Shown here: positions 1 to 12,428 of the stretch, piece after piece
How the letters are laid out: every line of letters starts with the position of its first letter
How positions within the stretch are numbered: the stretch's first letter is position 1
Origin: Saccostrea cucullata
Lineage: Eukaryota
Direction of reading: 5' to 3'
Length of the DNA stretch: 64,000 nucleotides
Assembly (NCBI RefSeq): GCF_032062105.1
Contig: NW_026930969.1
Location: 124,001-188,000 of the forward strand
Program-made: the position numbers and the translations under genes
The notes under the pieces: model-generated
The model's database searches: none
Told to the model about the DNA's origin: nothing
What the model saw: only the letters and a program-made list of their open reading frames with translations

Positions 1-210
1 GCCATTGACTGAATATGATGTCACAATAGAGAGGCGTAAATATTCAAGATAACGACACTTTTTGTGATCATGCAGCCACGGGTAGGAGAGAGCTATATAT
101 GCGGACTCCGGACCGTGGCTTGAGACGATGAAGGTAATATAAACAACAATAAACTAGTCCATGTAGTCTGAGATAATTCCCACTCCAATATTTTATCTAA
201 TGATACCAAC

Positions 211-256
211 CTGCTGATTGGTTATATGAAGGAGGAGGTGCTGATGGTGTTGACAT
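211..256 (-). CDS. Putative first coding exon (MSTPSAPPPSYNQSA) of a gene running off the left edge; PSAP+PPxY motifs, LITAF/CDIP1-like guess
   Basis: Minus strand: acceptor TTTCAG before 269, ATG at 256, donor CAG|GTTGGT after 211. 15 codons contain overlapping PSAP and PPSY motifs. The rest of the gene is outside the window. Confidence 0.45.
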
Positions 257-1684
257 TTTCCTAAAATGTCTGAAATAAATAAAAACTTGGGTTTAACTTT
301 AATTGAGTATTTTGATGACTCTTGAAATTTTACAATAAATTAGCAGCAATTGCAATTCTTTAATTGCATACATTTCAACAATGTCTAAAATAATTAATCA
401 CTGTCATGAATAATTGGTGATTTCAATCTTAATTTATTGACTTTGAAAAGAGTAATATTCAGTAATATTCAGCTGATACAGATAGATCAGTCATATGATT
501 AAGCATGCATTGCGCAATGTACATGTATCTATACATGAATTTCTACTTTGATAAGCTATTTCAAAAGAAACGAAGGAAACTTCTTTTTTAAAAAAATTAT
601 ACATAAAAGCTTCACTTTACATGTATGAGATAATGATGTGTGGTTGATCCTTATGACTCTGTCATCCCAGACCCCAACCCATCCCTTCTACCTCCCTAGT
701 AATCAATAACATCCTAAAAATTCCAAAGAGACTAGCAAAAAAGGCATGTACAATCTTTTTCCGGGTTTTACACATTTCATTGTTTTAATCAAAACTATTT
801 GCTCATATCTTTGTGAGAGAAGCTTCCCTTATCTGAATGCAGATCAAATGTTATACAATATAAAATATATAACCTGTCACCAAGAATTAAGAAGTGTAGT
901 TGTGAACGTGTTGACGCCTGTCACCCACTTCCATCAATAAAGTAATTTTACAGAGCATTTTATTTTCTATTGAAATATCGATCATTAGTATTTCGGTGAG
1001 TATACTGTAGGCTAGACGATTAGCTAATACCTGTTACTTTTCAGTGCAGTGTTTTCGTCGTTGATGTGTAAAATAATATTTACATTAGGATACCCAAATG
1101 AAAGTAATTGTGATTAAGAAAGTGAAAAATTACCTTTCGTTCTAGAAATCTGAAGAGTATTGATTAATATTTCCAAACGAGGAAGATAAATTCAGGAAAA
1201 CAATTTATTCTAGACTATCTGTGATTACCAAAATAATGACGTCACGAATTAACCGGACCTCGATCCCGATGAAATTTTGATTACTAACACGTCGGTAACG
1301 AGTAGTAACAAATTGAAAAAGAATCTTAAGATTTAGTGTTAGCATCGTTAACTTACTATAAAAAAAAGACAGAAGTATTTCAAATATATTTTCAAATACA
1401 ACTTTTTTTTCTCATGCATAAGTATTAACTGAAGATTAATGATTGTAATAAAATTTAATATGACTGACAGAATGGAATCTCAAACTCTTATTTAATATAA
1501 GAATTTCAAATGACAATTGATGAAGAAAAGAATATAAGCTCATATATATATGAATAATATTTATTAATCGAGCATCCAAAGATCCCTATTCCTTTTTGTC
1601 ACCCTTATCAAGTTAATAAGTACTGAAATACTCGATACATTGGAAACGACATATCTCCGATGTTGATGAAAGCACCACAGATGC

Positions 1685-1773
1685 CATCGTCGCAAACCAC
1701 GGCCAAAATGCACGATCCTCTCCCATTCTGGAGAGAGCTTTATGCGGACTCCGGACTGTGGCTTGAGACGATG
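1685..1773. mobile_element. 89-bp MITE with 18-bp imperfect TIRs and 9-bp TSD
   Basis: CATCGTCGCAAACCACGG ... CTGTGGCTTGAGACGATG flanked by CACAGATGC at 1676-1684 and 1774-1782. The right end of a related copy lies at ~86-130. Confidence 0.75.
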
Positions 1774-1782
1774 CACAGATGC

Positions 1783-2901
1783 ACCTTGGTATAATGACTG
1801 GATAACTAACTTCCTAACAAAAAGGACAATGAGAGTCCAGTTAGATGGGGAATACTCAGACGACACCAGCGTGGAATCCGGGGTACCGCAGGGAACAGTA
1901 CTTGGACCCATACTTTTTCTCTGCCATATAAATGATCTCCCTGATGCAGTAAAATCTTCAGTTAGGCTCTTTGCCGGATTGCCTTTTGTACAGGGAAATT
2001 AAATCGTCCAAAGATCAAAACCTACTACAAAAGGAACTCGAAAAACTGGAACAGTGGGCATCTGACTGGGGTATGAGATTTAACGCAAAGAAATGCTATA
2101 TACTAAGCATACGTAGAAAAATTAACAGCCAATACACCCTTGAGAACCACACCCTAGAACAAGTGGCATCAAATCCCTACTTAGGACTCCAAATACAAGA
2201 AGACCTGAAATGGAAAGAACATATAAACAACATCTCAAATAAAGCCAACTCCACCCTAGGCTTCCTAAGAAGGAACTTACAACACTGTCCAAGGGAATGT
2301 AGAAAGATTGCATATATATCACTAGTAAGATCTATAATGGAGTATGGAGCTGTCATCTGGGATCCATACACCAAACAAGAATCAACAAAATTAGAATCCA
2401 TCCAAAGAAGAGGTGCGAGATTCATAACAAAAGATTATAAATCAAGGGAAGAGGGCACAATGACAAAGATGCTCAAAGATTTTGACCTTCCCTTACTACA
2501 AACCAGACACCAACAACAACGTCTAATCTTTTTTTACAAAGTGGTTGAGGGGCAGATACCAGCTATTAAATCAGACCAATATATTACATTCCAAAAACCG
2601 AAAAGAAACATCAGACCGAAAGTGTACGAGGACTATCAAGCGACAAATATTATATGTAATAGGATCAGGAATAACAGCCGTGCAGTTGAGATACTTGATA
2701 CAAAGACAGACCAACTGAAGAACTCATTCTTTTACGAACAGCTATAGATTGGAACCATCTAGATAGAAAAAGTTCCGCGCCCCCAAGCTAGAAAGCTTTA
2801 AGTCAGCGCTGGAACATCTTCGCGACTAATGCGCTCTCTACCCGTCACGTCAAAGCCCAATGAGTCACTGTGACGTAACAATACAGATACAGATACAGAT
2901 A
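1783..2901 (+). mobile_element. 5'-truncated, frameshifted CR1-group LINE (RT C-terminal part plus microsatellite tail)
   Basis: ORFs 1742-2002 and 1971-2747 give GVPQGTVLGPILF, a broken FADD motif (frameshift ~1972-1980), WGMRFNAKKC, YLGLQI, YISLVRSIMEY and LESIQRRGARF. Ends in (ATACAG)n at 2881-2901. Confidence 0.9.
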
Positions 2902-3321
2902 ATACCAGCAAATATGGTGTTAGAAGTTTCACACATGCACCCGATTGCCGTAGAGACGGATCCATTGAATTTGGCCCTTTTTGATCAACAAAAACAGGAA
3001 ATGAGGAAATGTAAATACATTTTTTTGTCTCTATGTAGGTAAACTCAAATATAAATCACTGTATCATTAGACGTTGCAACATTTATTATTTCTTTTTCAA
3101 AAAGAATAATCACTATACGTGTATCTCGTTTATAACACAAATTAATACTACTTCCAAAAGACGGTGAAATAATTCCTTTTCCGAATAAAATTATGTGTGG
3201 TATCCACTTTTGTAATTTTTTAAGTATAGGAACCATATGACAAGAGTCTCAACTGCATTTCTAAATATAGACAAATGTACTAGTATTTTTGTATACGATA
3301 AAAGGTTACTGAACAGGAATC

Positions 3322-6300
3322 ATGGCGGCTTCATCTACATTACATAAACTTCCTCTTCATTTAGCCGCAGAGAAAAATGACATTGAGAAGCTCGAGCAGA
3401 TTTTACTCGATGGAGATTTTAATACAGTTAATCTCCAAGACCAGACGGGTAGGACAGCGCTTCACTGTCTTTTGGATTCTCCTGGCTTTACTGATTTGGA
3501 CGAAGTAAAGAGAGGAATTCAGATCCTGTTAGACAACGGAGCGAAACAAACATGGAGAGACGCCCCTTCATACAGTGGTTCAGAACTACTTGGAATTTAT
3601 TCCAGAAATTATTCGGTTTGTATTGACTCACGGCCAAAACTACTTGATGGGCACGCAGGATGAGAACGGATATTCAGTATTTCATTTGTTCATGTCAGAA
3701 TTCAGTGACCTTGTTGTAAAAAGCAAAGGGTATATGGAACTTCTGCAAGAAAAGAATGAATTCCTTCAAAGTTTACTCCAAGGTGAAATTGCAAATTATA
3801 ATTTTTCTGCACTTCTTGATCAAAAAGAGCGCAATGGATATTCTGCATTTCATACGTACATCGGAAATTCCGACTGCTCCCCAGAGTTAGTACAAATAAT
3901 GATCAGTTGTGGAGCTGATGTAAACACATCTTCTAATTTAGGAATCACTCCCCTTATGGGGTCTGTGTTCAGACGGCGGAGGGATGTTGTAGAAATGCTG
4001 TTGAAGGCAGGTGCAAACCCGAATCAAACAGATATATTTGGTCAAAGTTGTACCTTTCGTGTTTTTACAAACGATTGTTTTGAATTGCTGAACCAGTTTG
4101 ACGCCGATTTTCGCATTAAGGATAAGTTTGGAAGGACCCCGATCACAAATTGTGCACTCTACACGCCGGAAGATCTCCCCAACACAGGCATCGTCATCTC
4201 CAACGAGTTCTCTCATTATCCACCTTTATTTGAAAAGATTTTAGAAGCCGGGGTTAATATTAATGAGTTAGACAGACATGGTTCCTCTGCACTTCACTAT
4301 GGTGCATGGTATGGAGATCCTACAATGGTTGGATCACTTTTGCAACATGGAGCAGATTTAAATATTCTAAACCACCATGACAACTCACCTTTGGATTTAG
4401 CAATGCACGTTGGAAATGATAACCTTTACAAATTTTTTGGTAAAACAGATAATGGGGAAATTCGACCCGAGTGTGAAACAAGATATTGCCGACTTATTAT
4501 TAATGAAGCAGAAACAGATCATATGAAGACTGTGCTGGAGGATTATTTAGGAATTAAAGATGACCCAGTTTATCTTTTGACGTCACTTGTGAAATCTCCA
4601 AGGGTAGGGATGACGGAAAAAAGACCCGAATCAAGGCTTATCAAGTCGGAGGTAACAAACCTAATGCAAAGGATAGCGGATGTTGTTGGAAAATTGAATC
4701 CGCTTTTTTCTTGTAAAATTTATCCAACAGGCAGTTCGTCTGAAGGTACGAAAGTAGCAGATCCAGACGAATTTGATTTTGTGTTCTGCTTGGAAAACTT
4801 CTCAAAAAACTGTGTACCACATCAGGATGATGTTATTTTGAACAGTGGTTTTGCAAGTTTAAAGATAGATTCTAGTGAAAGCCTGGGGAAATTTGATTTA
4901 TTTCTTGATGGAAAGATCCTTTCAGCAGAACGTGTTCGGAGTACTTTTCAAGATTTGGTTACTTCTGCCCTAAATACCGCGGGCACATGGACCTCCGAAT
5001 TTTTATATTTCGACGGTCTCCTTGGGTTTCCCATGGATAAACCTGTGATCAAGCTGGAAATCCATTGGTTTGGCCCCTTAATAAAGCATATGATAATCAG
5101 TGTAGATATTGTTCCAGCATTTTTGCCAAAGAATTGGCGACCCGTGGAATTAAGCGAAAAACAACCCTTATTTTCTGTTGACGAACAGTATTTGCTTATT
5201 CTACATTCACCAGAAGGCTGTCAATGGGGCGATGAAGATGATGAACAATTAGTGAGAATTTCTAGCTGTCTGATGGATAAACATTATCTAAAAAGTCTTC
5301 CTCAAATCTGTACCGAAAGTTACGCGGCAGCCAAGATTCTGAAGAGCTCCAATTTTCCTCCTAGTGTTCAGTTTGACGACGACTCATCAGCGGAAGACTC
5401 CTCATCATTTGTCGATTCGGAAGAGTCCTCTCAGAAATCGGACGAAGAACAAAAAAACAGCCGAAAGAACAGAACTGGAAGAAGTAACAATTACAAAAGG
5501 GAATACAGTGGATACAACTTTCAAAATGTACAAGCATCAGTTGAATCACCACCTTTCGAAGATCCAGTAGAGGTATCAACATCCAGTGGACTATCCGACG
5601 ATATCATTGAAAGATATGAAACACAGAGATCAAAAAGGAATCTAACTATGAATTGGCTCATGGAAATTGATGATACGTGCAAAGTTAGGAAGATATTTAC
5701 CCCCAAAGACAAAAACTTGACACCGATTAACGGGGCTTCCTGCAAAACTTTACCGTCTGAAGTGAATACAGACAAATCTATTAATTGTAATTATCAGGGA
5801 TTAGCGGAGAGTGCAGATTCTGAGGATAATGGTAGGGTGTTAGAGTCAATAAAGAAAAATACAGAAGAAGAACCAACAAACTCTTACAACGCAGTATCCA
5901 CTCTAAGCTTAGATGATGGGAATGAAGCCAAACACGTTCCAAATAGTGAGGTAAATTCTGATGAAATGGAATCTATGTCATCTGACAATGTTGAATTGGA
6001 GGGTGGCGACATCGTTTCTGCATCTGATGAAATATCGAGCTACATGTTAAAAATGTGTTTATTCCATGTTTTACAAGAAGAGAAGAATAGAGATTGTGAG
6101 ATTCCTCTGTACACTCTTCTGGAACTGACCATTAAAATTTACGAAAAGCTGTTAGCGTTTGCTGTAGAAGGTCGTCTACCTTCTTATTTTCTTCCTTTTA
6201 TAGACGTGTTTACATACACCAATACACACATTAGAATAATTCCAGAGGAGGAATTAGACCTGGAGAGAAAACAACAGTGTAAACGGATTCAAACCTTTTG

Positions 6301-6346
6301 TAAAGTTATTTTGGGTATCTTAAAGCAAAATCCTAATGGCTATTAA
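3322..6346 (+). CDS. Ankyrin-repeat cGAS/Mab-21-like nucleotidyltransferase (cGLR), copy 1; frameshift at ~3544
   Basis: ORFs 3322-3663 and 3575-6346. Ankyrin motifs (LPLHLAA, GRTALH, GITPLM, GSSALHYGA, SPLDLA) precede PTGSSSEGTKVADPDEFDF, SVDIVPA, RISSCLMDK, SSYMLKMCLFHV and LPSYFLP. 14-nt deletion relative to copy 2 after GACAACGGAGCG. Confidence 0.9.
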
Positions 6347-7739
6347 GCTTAGTGAACGTTAACCCCATAAAAGATATTAATATTTATGGTTATTGATATT
6401 TACTGCCATAAAAGTAACCTATATCAATTATATACAGTACAACAAAAAAAAATATAGTTATTGATATATCGGTGTCTCTGTTGTTAAATAGGTGATTGTT
6501 CCTTGCAAAAATAACTAATGTTTTGATTGTAACTTTGCTGATAAAAAAAAACGAAATTTATAGAGGTAAACCATTGCATGAATGACTGTCTAAATTGTAA
6601 AGTTCAACTGCGTTCAGCGATTTTGTTTTGTAATAACTAATAAATGATTTATGTTATGTCCATTTTCTTATTTTTATGGTTTTGGTAACATTTTTGGGCG
6701 GTTTTTGGTGTAGGTTTCATTTGTAACTATAATGTTGTTGACCAAAATAGATGATTGTATCTTGTTCATGAAAACGATCAAAGAAAGATGCTACTGTTTA
6801 TGAATTTGCCCTGGGGATTGCTCTGTCTTGGGTTATGAACAAAAAGGTGCAGGTTTCATTTGTTAAGGTGACCAAACTTGCATGGATGATACATCTAGGA
6901 TAAACAGACTCCAAATAACAAAGAGGTATAAAGATGGAACACGTTGAAAGATAGAATTATAATATCAAATAAAAACTGCATTTATATTTTCTTCTTTTTT
7001 TATGACATTTTTCTATTACTTACTGCAAGGACCACAATCTTTTATATCTGACCTTCATTTTCAGCTAGTTTTTGGCAGGCAGTGTACCAAACTTAGTTCT
7101 GATGATATGAAATACAAATTATTTTCTAACATTTAGCACAAGAGATGCAAATCTGCTTCAGATGCTGGATTTTGATTACATTTTCATGAAGAAGAACTAG
7201 TTTAAATTTTTTAAGGTCTATTTCAAAGTATTTAAATGCTTAAATATTTTCATTTTTGGAAGTTTCACTTTTGGTTGGTTAATTGTGTGACTTTGCCTTA
7301 CTAAAGACAACATTTTGAGGTTTGTCTTTAATGAATTTAAAACATCATTTCATATGATCATGGTCATGAAATTTAAAACACACTTATAAATGCAGCAAAT
7401 CCACGTGCTAGGCCACACTTCTTGATTCGTCCCCCCTGCTGCTGGATTTTTTTTAAAATGATAAGTGGTACATCGACTATTTGTAATTTTATCTCGAAAA
7501 AGACATTGGAACTGTAAATATTACTTACTGAAGGAACGCAATGTGTTATAGAACTCAGATACGTTTCTAGCTATGGCGGACAGTGCACGAAGTTCTTTTG
7601 AAATGCAATTTATTTTCTAAAATTTACTAATCAAGCACCCACAAGATTAACATATATTTCAATATATCAATTGCTGATAAAACAGTCAACAGTACCAGGC
7701 TGATTTTGAGTTCCTTTTAATGACACAAAACTTGTTACG

Positions 7740-8110
7740 AAAATATAAAAAGATTTCAATGCTATCAACTTCACTCAATAAAAATATAACGACAGAAAAT
7801 TCACTGGCTTCAATAAAAATATAACGACAGATTTCAATGCTATCAACTTCACCGGCTTAAAACACGTCCAATAAAAATATAACGACAGATTTCAATGCTA
7901 TCAACTTCAATGGCTTAAAATACGTCCAATAAAAATATAACGACAGATTTCAATGCTATCAACTTCACGTCCAATAAAAATATAACGACAGATTTCAATG
8001 CTATCAACTTCACTGGCTTAAAACACGTCCAATAAAAATATAACGACAGATTTCAATGCTATCAACTTCACTGGCTTAAAACACGTCCAATAAAAATATA
8101 ACGACAGATT
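7740..8110. repeat. Minisatellite, 58-bp unit, ~6-7 full or partial copies
   Basis: Unit AATAAAAATATAACGACAGATTTCAATGCTATCAACTTCACTGGCTTAAAACACGTCC, repeated head-to-tail with internally deleted variants. Confidence 0.95.
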
Positions 8111-8681
8111 TTTTAACATTTTTTCATGAATAATACATCATGAATCGACGTCAAATTAATTATATTTGATATTTCAATAAAACTTTTCCTGAAAAAAAAT
8201 CATATTTGTTTTTTTCCTTGTGTAGAAGTATTTTATCCTGCATTTACTTTTTCCTGCCGAAAAAAAAACATGTTAGGTTTAAAATTTTCTAAGTTAAAAA
8301 TATTACGCTTTAATTTTGATTAACTATATTAAAGTGTGATGCATATTATAATGGAATAAATGTACAACCATTTAAATCATAGTGTGTTTATTATGTTTTC
8401 ATTTACATTGTTAATACTTACAATTTATTATTAGCTCTCGTGATATTTCATGATTACATCATAATTAATTATACATGTATATTGAAAGACGCATTGGCTA
8501 TATATGGTTTAAAAAAAAATTTCATACTTTTAGCTTCTATGCACCTTTTTCCTTTATGAAATAAAATAACTCCCAATCGTGTTATCTTCCTTATAAAACT
8601 TTAATTATAACCCTCTGACGACAACCTTTAAAAGGAATCAATACACTAAATCTAAAAATAGATTAAAAGAATAAAGGAATA

Positions 8682-11600
8682 ATGGCGACTTCGTCCGTAA
8701 CCGAAAAACTTCCTCTTCATTCTGCCGCCAAAGAAAATGATCTCGTTAAACTCGAACAGCTTTTACTTGATGGGGATTCACATACAATTAATCTTCGGGA
8801 TCAACACGGAAGAACATCTCTTCACTGTCTTTTGGATTCTCCTGCCTTTACTGATTTGGACGAAGTAAAGAGAGGAATTCAGATCCTTTTAGACAACGGA
8901 GCGGACATCAACATACAAAACAAACATGGAGAGACGCCCCTTCATACAGTGGTTCAGAACTATTTGAAATTTATTCCAGAAATCATTCGGTACGTATTGA
9001 CTCACAGCCAAAGTTATGAAATGGAGGCACAGGATGAGGACGGATACTCGCTTTTTCATTTGTTCATGTCTGATTTCAATGACCATGCCAAAGAAAAGGA
9101 AAGATTCCATCAAATATTGAAAGAGAAAGAAGAATTTATTCAAGCCTTGCTTCGGGGAGAAATATTGAAATTTAATTCTTCTGCGCTTTTAAATCAAAAA
9201 GAACGCAATGGATATTCTGCATTTTACACATATATTGGAAATTCTACCTGTGCCACGGATACGGTACAATTAATGATTGATTGTGGTGCTGACGTAAACA
9301 CTTCCTCTGAAATAGGAACCACGCCCCTTATGGAGTCAGTGCTGAGACGACGGACAGATGTTGTAGAAATTCTTCTGAAGGCAGGAGCAAACCCAAACCA
9401 AACAGATATATTCGGTCAAAGTTGTATTTTTCGTGTCTATACTAATGATTGTTTTGAATTGTTGAATCAATATGGCACCAATTTCAAAATAAAAGATAAA
9501 TTTGGACGGAGCCCAATTACAAATGTCGAACTTTACATTTCAGAGGATCTACCTCATTCAAACATTGTCTTCTCCCAAAACTTTTCTAAATATCCTCCTT
9601 TATTTGAGAGGTTTCTTGAAGTTGGACTTAGTTCTAACGAAGTTGACAAGCATGGTTCCTCTCTTCTTCACTATGCTGCATGGCATAGAGATTCAAGAAT
9701 GATCCAAGCTTTGATAGAGCATGGTGCGGATTTGAATATTTTGGATAATGATGGCAACAAACCTTTGGATTTAGCAAAACATGTGGGAAATGATAATGTT
9801 TATAACATACTTGGTGAAACAAATGAGGGGGGAGATCAAAAAAGCAATGAAGCAAAATATTGTAGATATATCATTAATGAAACTGAAACAAACAATATGA
9901 AGACTGTGCTAAATGAGTATTTAGGAATCAAGGATGATCCTGAATACTTAGTGACTTCACTTGTGAAATCTCCGAGATTAGGAATGACGGAAATAAGACC
10001 AGAAGTAAGACAAATTAAAGCAGAAGTAACATGCCTAATGCAAAAAATAGCGAGTGTTGTTGGAAGATTGAATTCACTTTTTTCCTGTAAAGTTTTACCA
10101 ACAGGAAGTTCGTCTGAGGGTACAAAAGTAGCAGATCCAGACGAATTTGATTTTCTGTTCTGCTTGGAAGAATTTTCGAAACATTGCATTCCACATCAAG
10201 ATGATGATATTTTGAATAGTGGGTTTGTAAGTTTAAAGATTCAGCAAGGAGAAGGCACGGAAAAATTTGAAACATTTCTTGATGAATCAACTCTTTCAGC
10301 AGAACTTGTTCGTGGAACCTTCCAAGATTTGGTTACTTCTGCTCTTAACACCCCAGAAATATGGAAATCCGAACACTTGTATTTCGATGGTCTTCTTGGG
10401 TATCCGATGGATAAACCAGTATTAAAGTTAGAACTCCATTGGTTTGGTCCCATTATGAAGCATGAAGCAGTCAACGTAGATATTGTCCCTGCTGTTCAGA
10501 TAAAACATTGGAAGCCAATTGAATTAACTGACAAAAATGTTGTGTGTTCTGTTGAAGAACAGTATTTATTATTGTTCCATTCACCAGAACGTTGCCAATG
10601 GGGCGATAAAGACGATGAACAATTAGTGAGAATTTCTAGCTCTCTGATGGAAAAATGCTATCTAAAAAGTCTTCCCCAGATCTGTACTGAAAGTTATGCG
10701 ACAGCTAAAATTTTAAAAAGCATTAATTTTTCACCCCAGGTTCAATTCAATGAGGAGATAAATATGGAACATATAGCAACACGGGAAATGAGATTGTTGC
10801 AACAGACACATTCAACTTCGGCAAGTGAATGTGTCCATAGAAAAGAGAAGAAAAATAATGAAGTTCCGACAAGTCACGTTGTACAGGACATTTCGAATTC
10901 TGAAGAGCAATCGGCGGGAATTGTTAATAAAACACAACCTTTTAAAAGTAACCCTATCATACCATGGATGATGGATATCGATGAAACTTATAAAGTACGA
11001 AAGTTATTTACTCCAAAGGAAAACGGTAAACCTAGGAACAAAGTATATTTGGATAAACAAATGGGCATGACATGTACAACGTCAGTTTTTGAAAATGACA
11101 AGCATAAATTAATTTATTTCAAACCCATTGAATGTGAGCATGATTTAAATAATCCAAATAATAGTTTTATGGAATCAGAATTGGGTGGACAGTCAACGTG
11201 CGGTCTCAACTCAGAACAAGACCGTGATTTAAAACCCGATTCAGATTTGCCTGATAAGAACTTTGACGAAAATGATGATAGCAATGGCAGCACTGAAGGC
11301 AAATCAAATGTTAGCATCAAAAGTACAAATGCAAAAACTGACAAAGATAGAAAGCGAAAGTTCTGAGGAGATGGAAGATGATTCTTCAGATGATACTGAG
11401 TTGGAAGGCGGTGATGTCGTATATGCGTCAGATGAAATTTCCAGCTACATGTTGAAAATGTGTTTATTTCATGTTGTACATGAAGAGAAAAACAAAAACG
11501 GTGATGTTCCGCCTTTTACTCTTTTGGAACTGACCATAAAGATTTACGAAAAGTTGCTGGCATTCGCTAAGGAGGGTCGTTTACCTTCCTATTTTCTTCC

Positions 11601-11757
11601 TTTTCTGGACGTTTTTACATACGTTAACACTCATATAAAAGTTCTACCAGACGAGGATTTAGAATCTCTAACCAAGCAACAGTGTTTACGAATCCAAGCC
11701 TTTTGCAGGGTTATTCTGGGAATACTGAAGCAAAATCTAAAAAGCGAAGTTTCATAA
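8682..11757 (+). CDS. Ankyrin-repeat cGLR, copy 2; frameshift at ~11348
   Basis: ORF 8682-11366 (ankyrins, PTGSSSEGTKVADPDEFDF, NVDIVPA) continues in another frame as ORF 11263-11757 (EGGDVVYASDEISSYMLKMCLFHV...LPSYFLP). Collinear with copies 1 and 3. Confidence 0.9.
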
Positions 11758-12361
11758 AGATAAAGATGCTGTGCAATTCTTTTTAAACAGACCATGATTT
11801 CCAGCTATAAATAATTATACATGTACATGTATTTTCTGTTGGGTACACAACCCTTTATGTGTGGATTATTTTTTCCAATGAGTTTTGAGAATTTTCATTT
11901 AATTTATTACATTATGCAAATGAAAATTATTAAAATTCCCTTTGTAGTGTACATTGTGTCAGGTCATAATGGTTCATTAACACTACCATATTGAAAACAG
12001 TCTTATGTTGTGTATCTGATTTTAATATTACAGTTTTGCATTCTATAAACTAAAATGGTGGTATTTTATTTCATCATAGTGTAAGATTTTATTTTTAGCC
12101 AGTATCTTAATATGCTTGCATGTTTAATGTGATATTATTTTTGATTAAATAACGTTTTTATAGAAAAAACATTCATTTATATTTTTCATCAAATGCCCTA
12201 GTCAAATAATTGACTTAATCTCATCCTTTCCATCTGCGTGCAGAACTGAAGTCAAGTGGTGAACAGAACATATTTTTTTAAAAAAGAATTTTTAATAATG
12301 CATTGCATTTTCCCATTCAATATTTTAATAAAAGATTATTTTATTAAAATATAGATAAATA

Positions 12362-12428
12362 TAAAAATCCACATGTTGATCAATGGGAACAAGAAGGACA
12401 GTTTCTTGTCAAGAAAGTCTTTAAAAAT
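12362..12428 (+). pseudogene. Orphan, degenerate copy of part of acyl-CoA dehydrogenase exon 2
   Basis: AAATCCACATGTTGATCAATGGGAACAAGAAGGACAGTTTCTTGTCAAGAAAGTCTTTAAAA closely matches 20845-20907 (NPHVDQWEQEGQF..KKVFK). Confidence 0.85.

Noticed and set aside
7740-8110. CRISPR-like array
   Set aside because: Units are head-to-tail with no unique spacers, there are no cas genes, and the context is eukaryotic.
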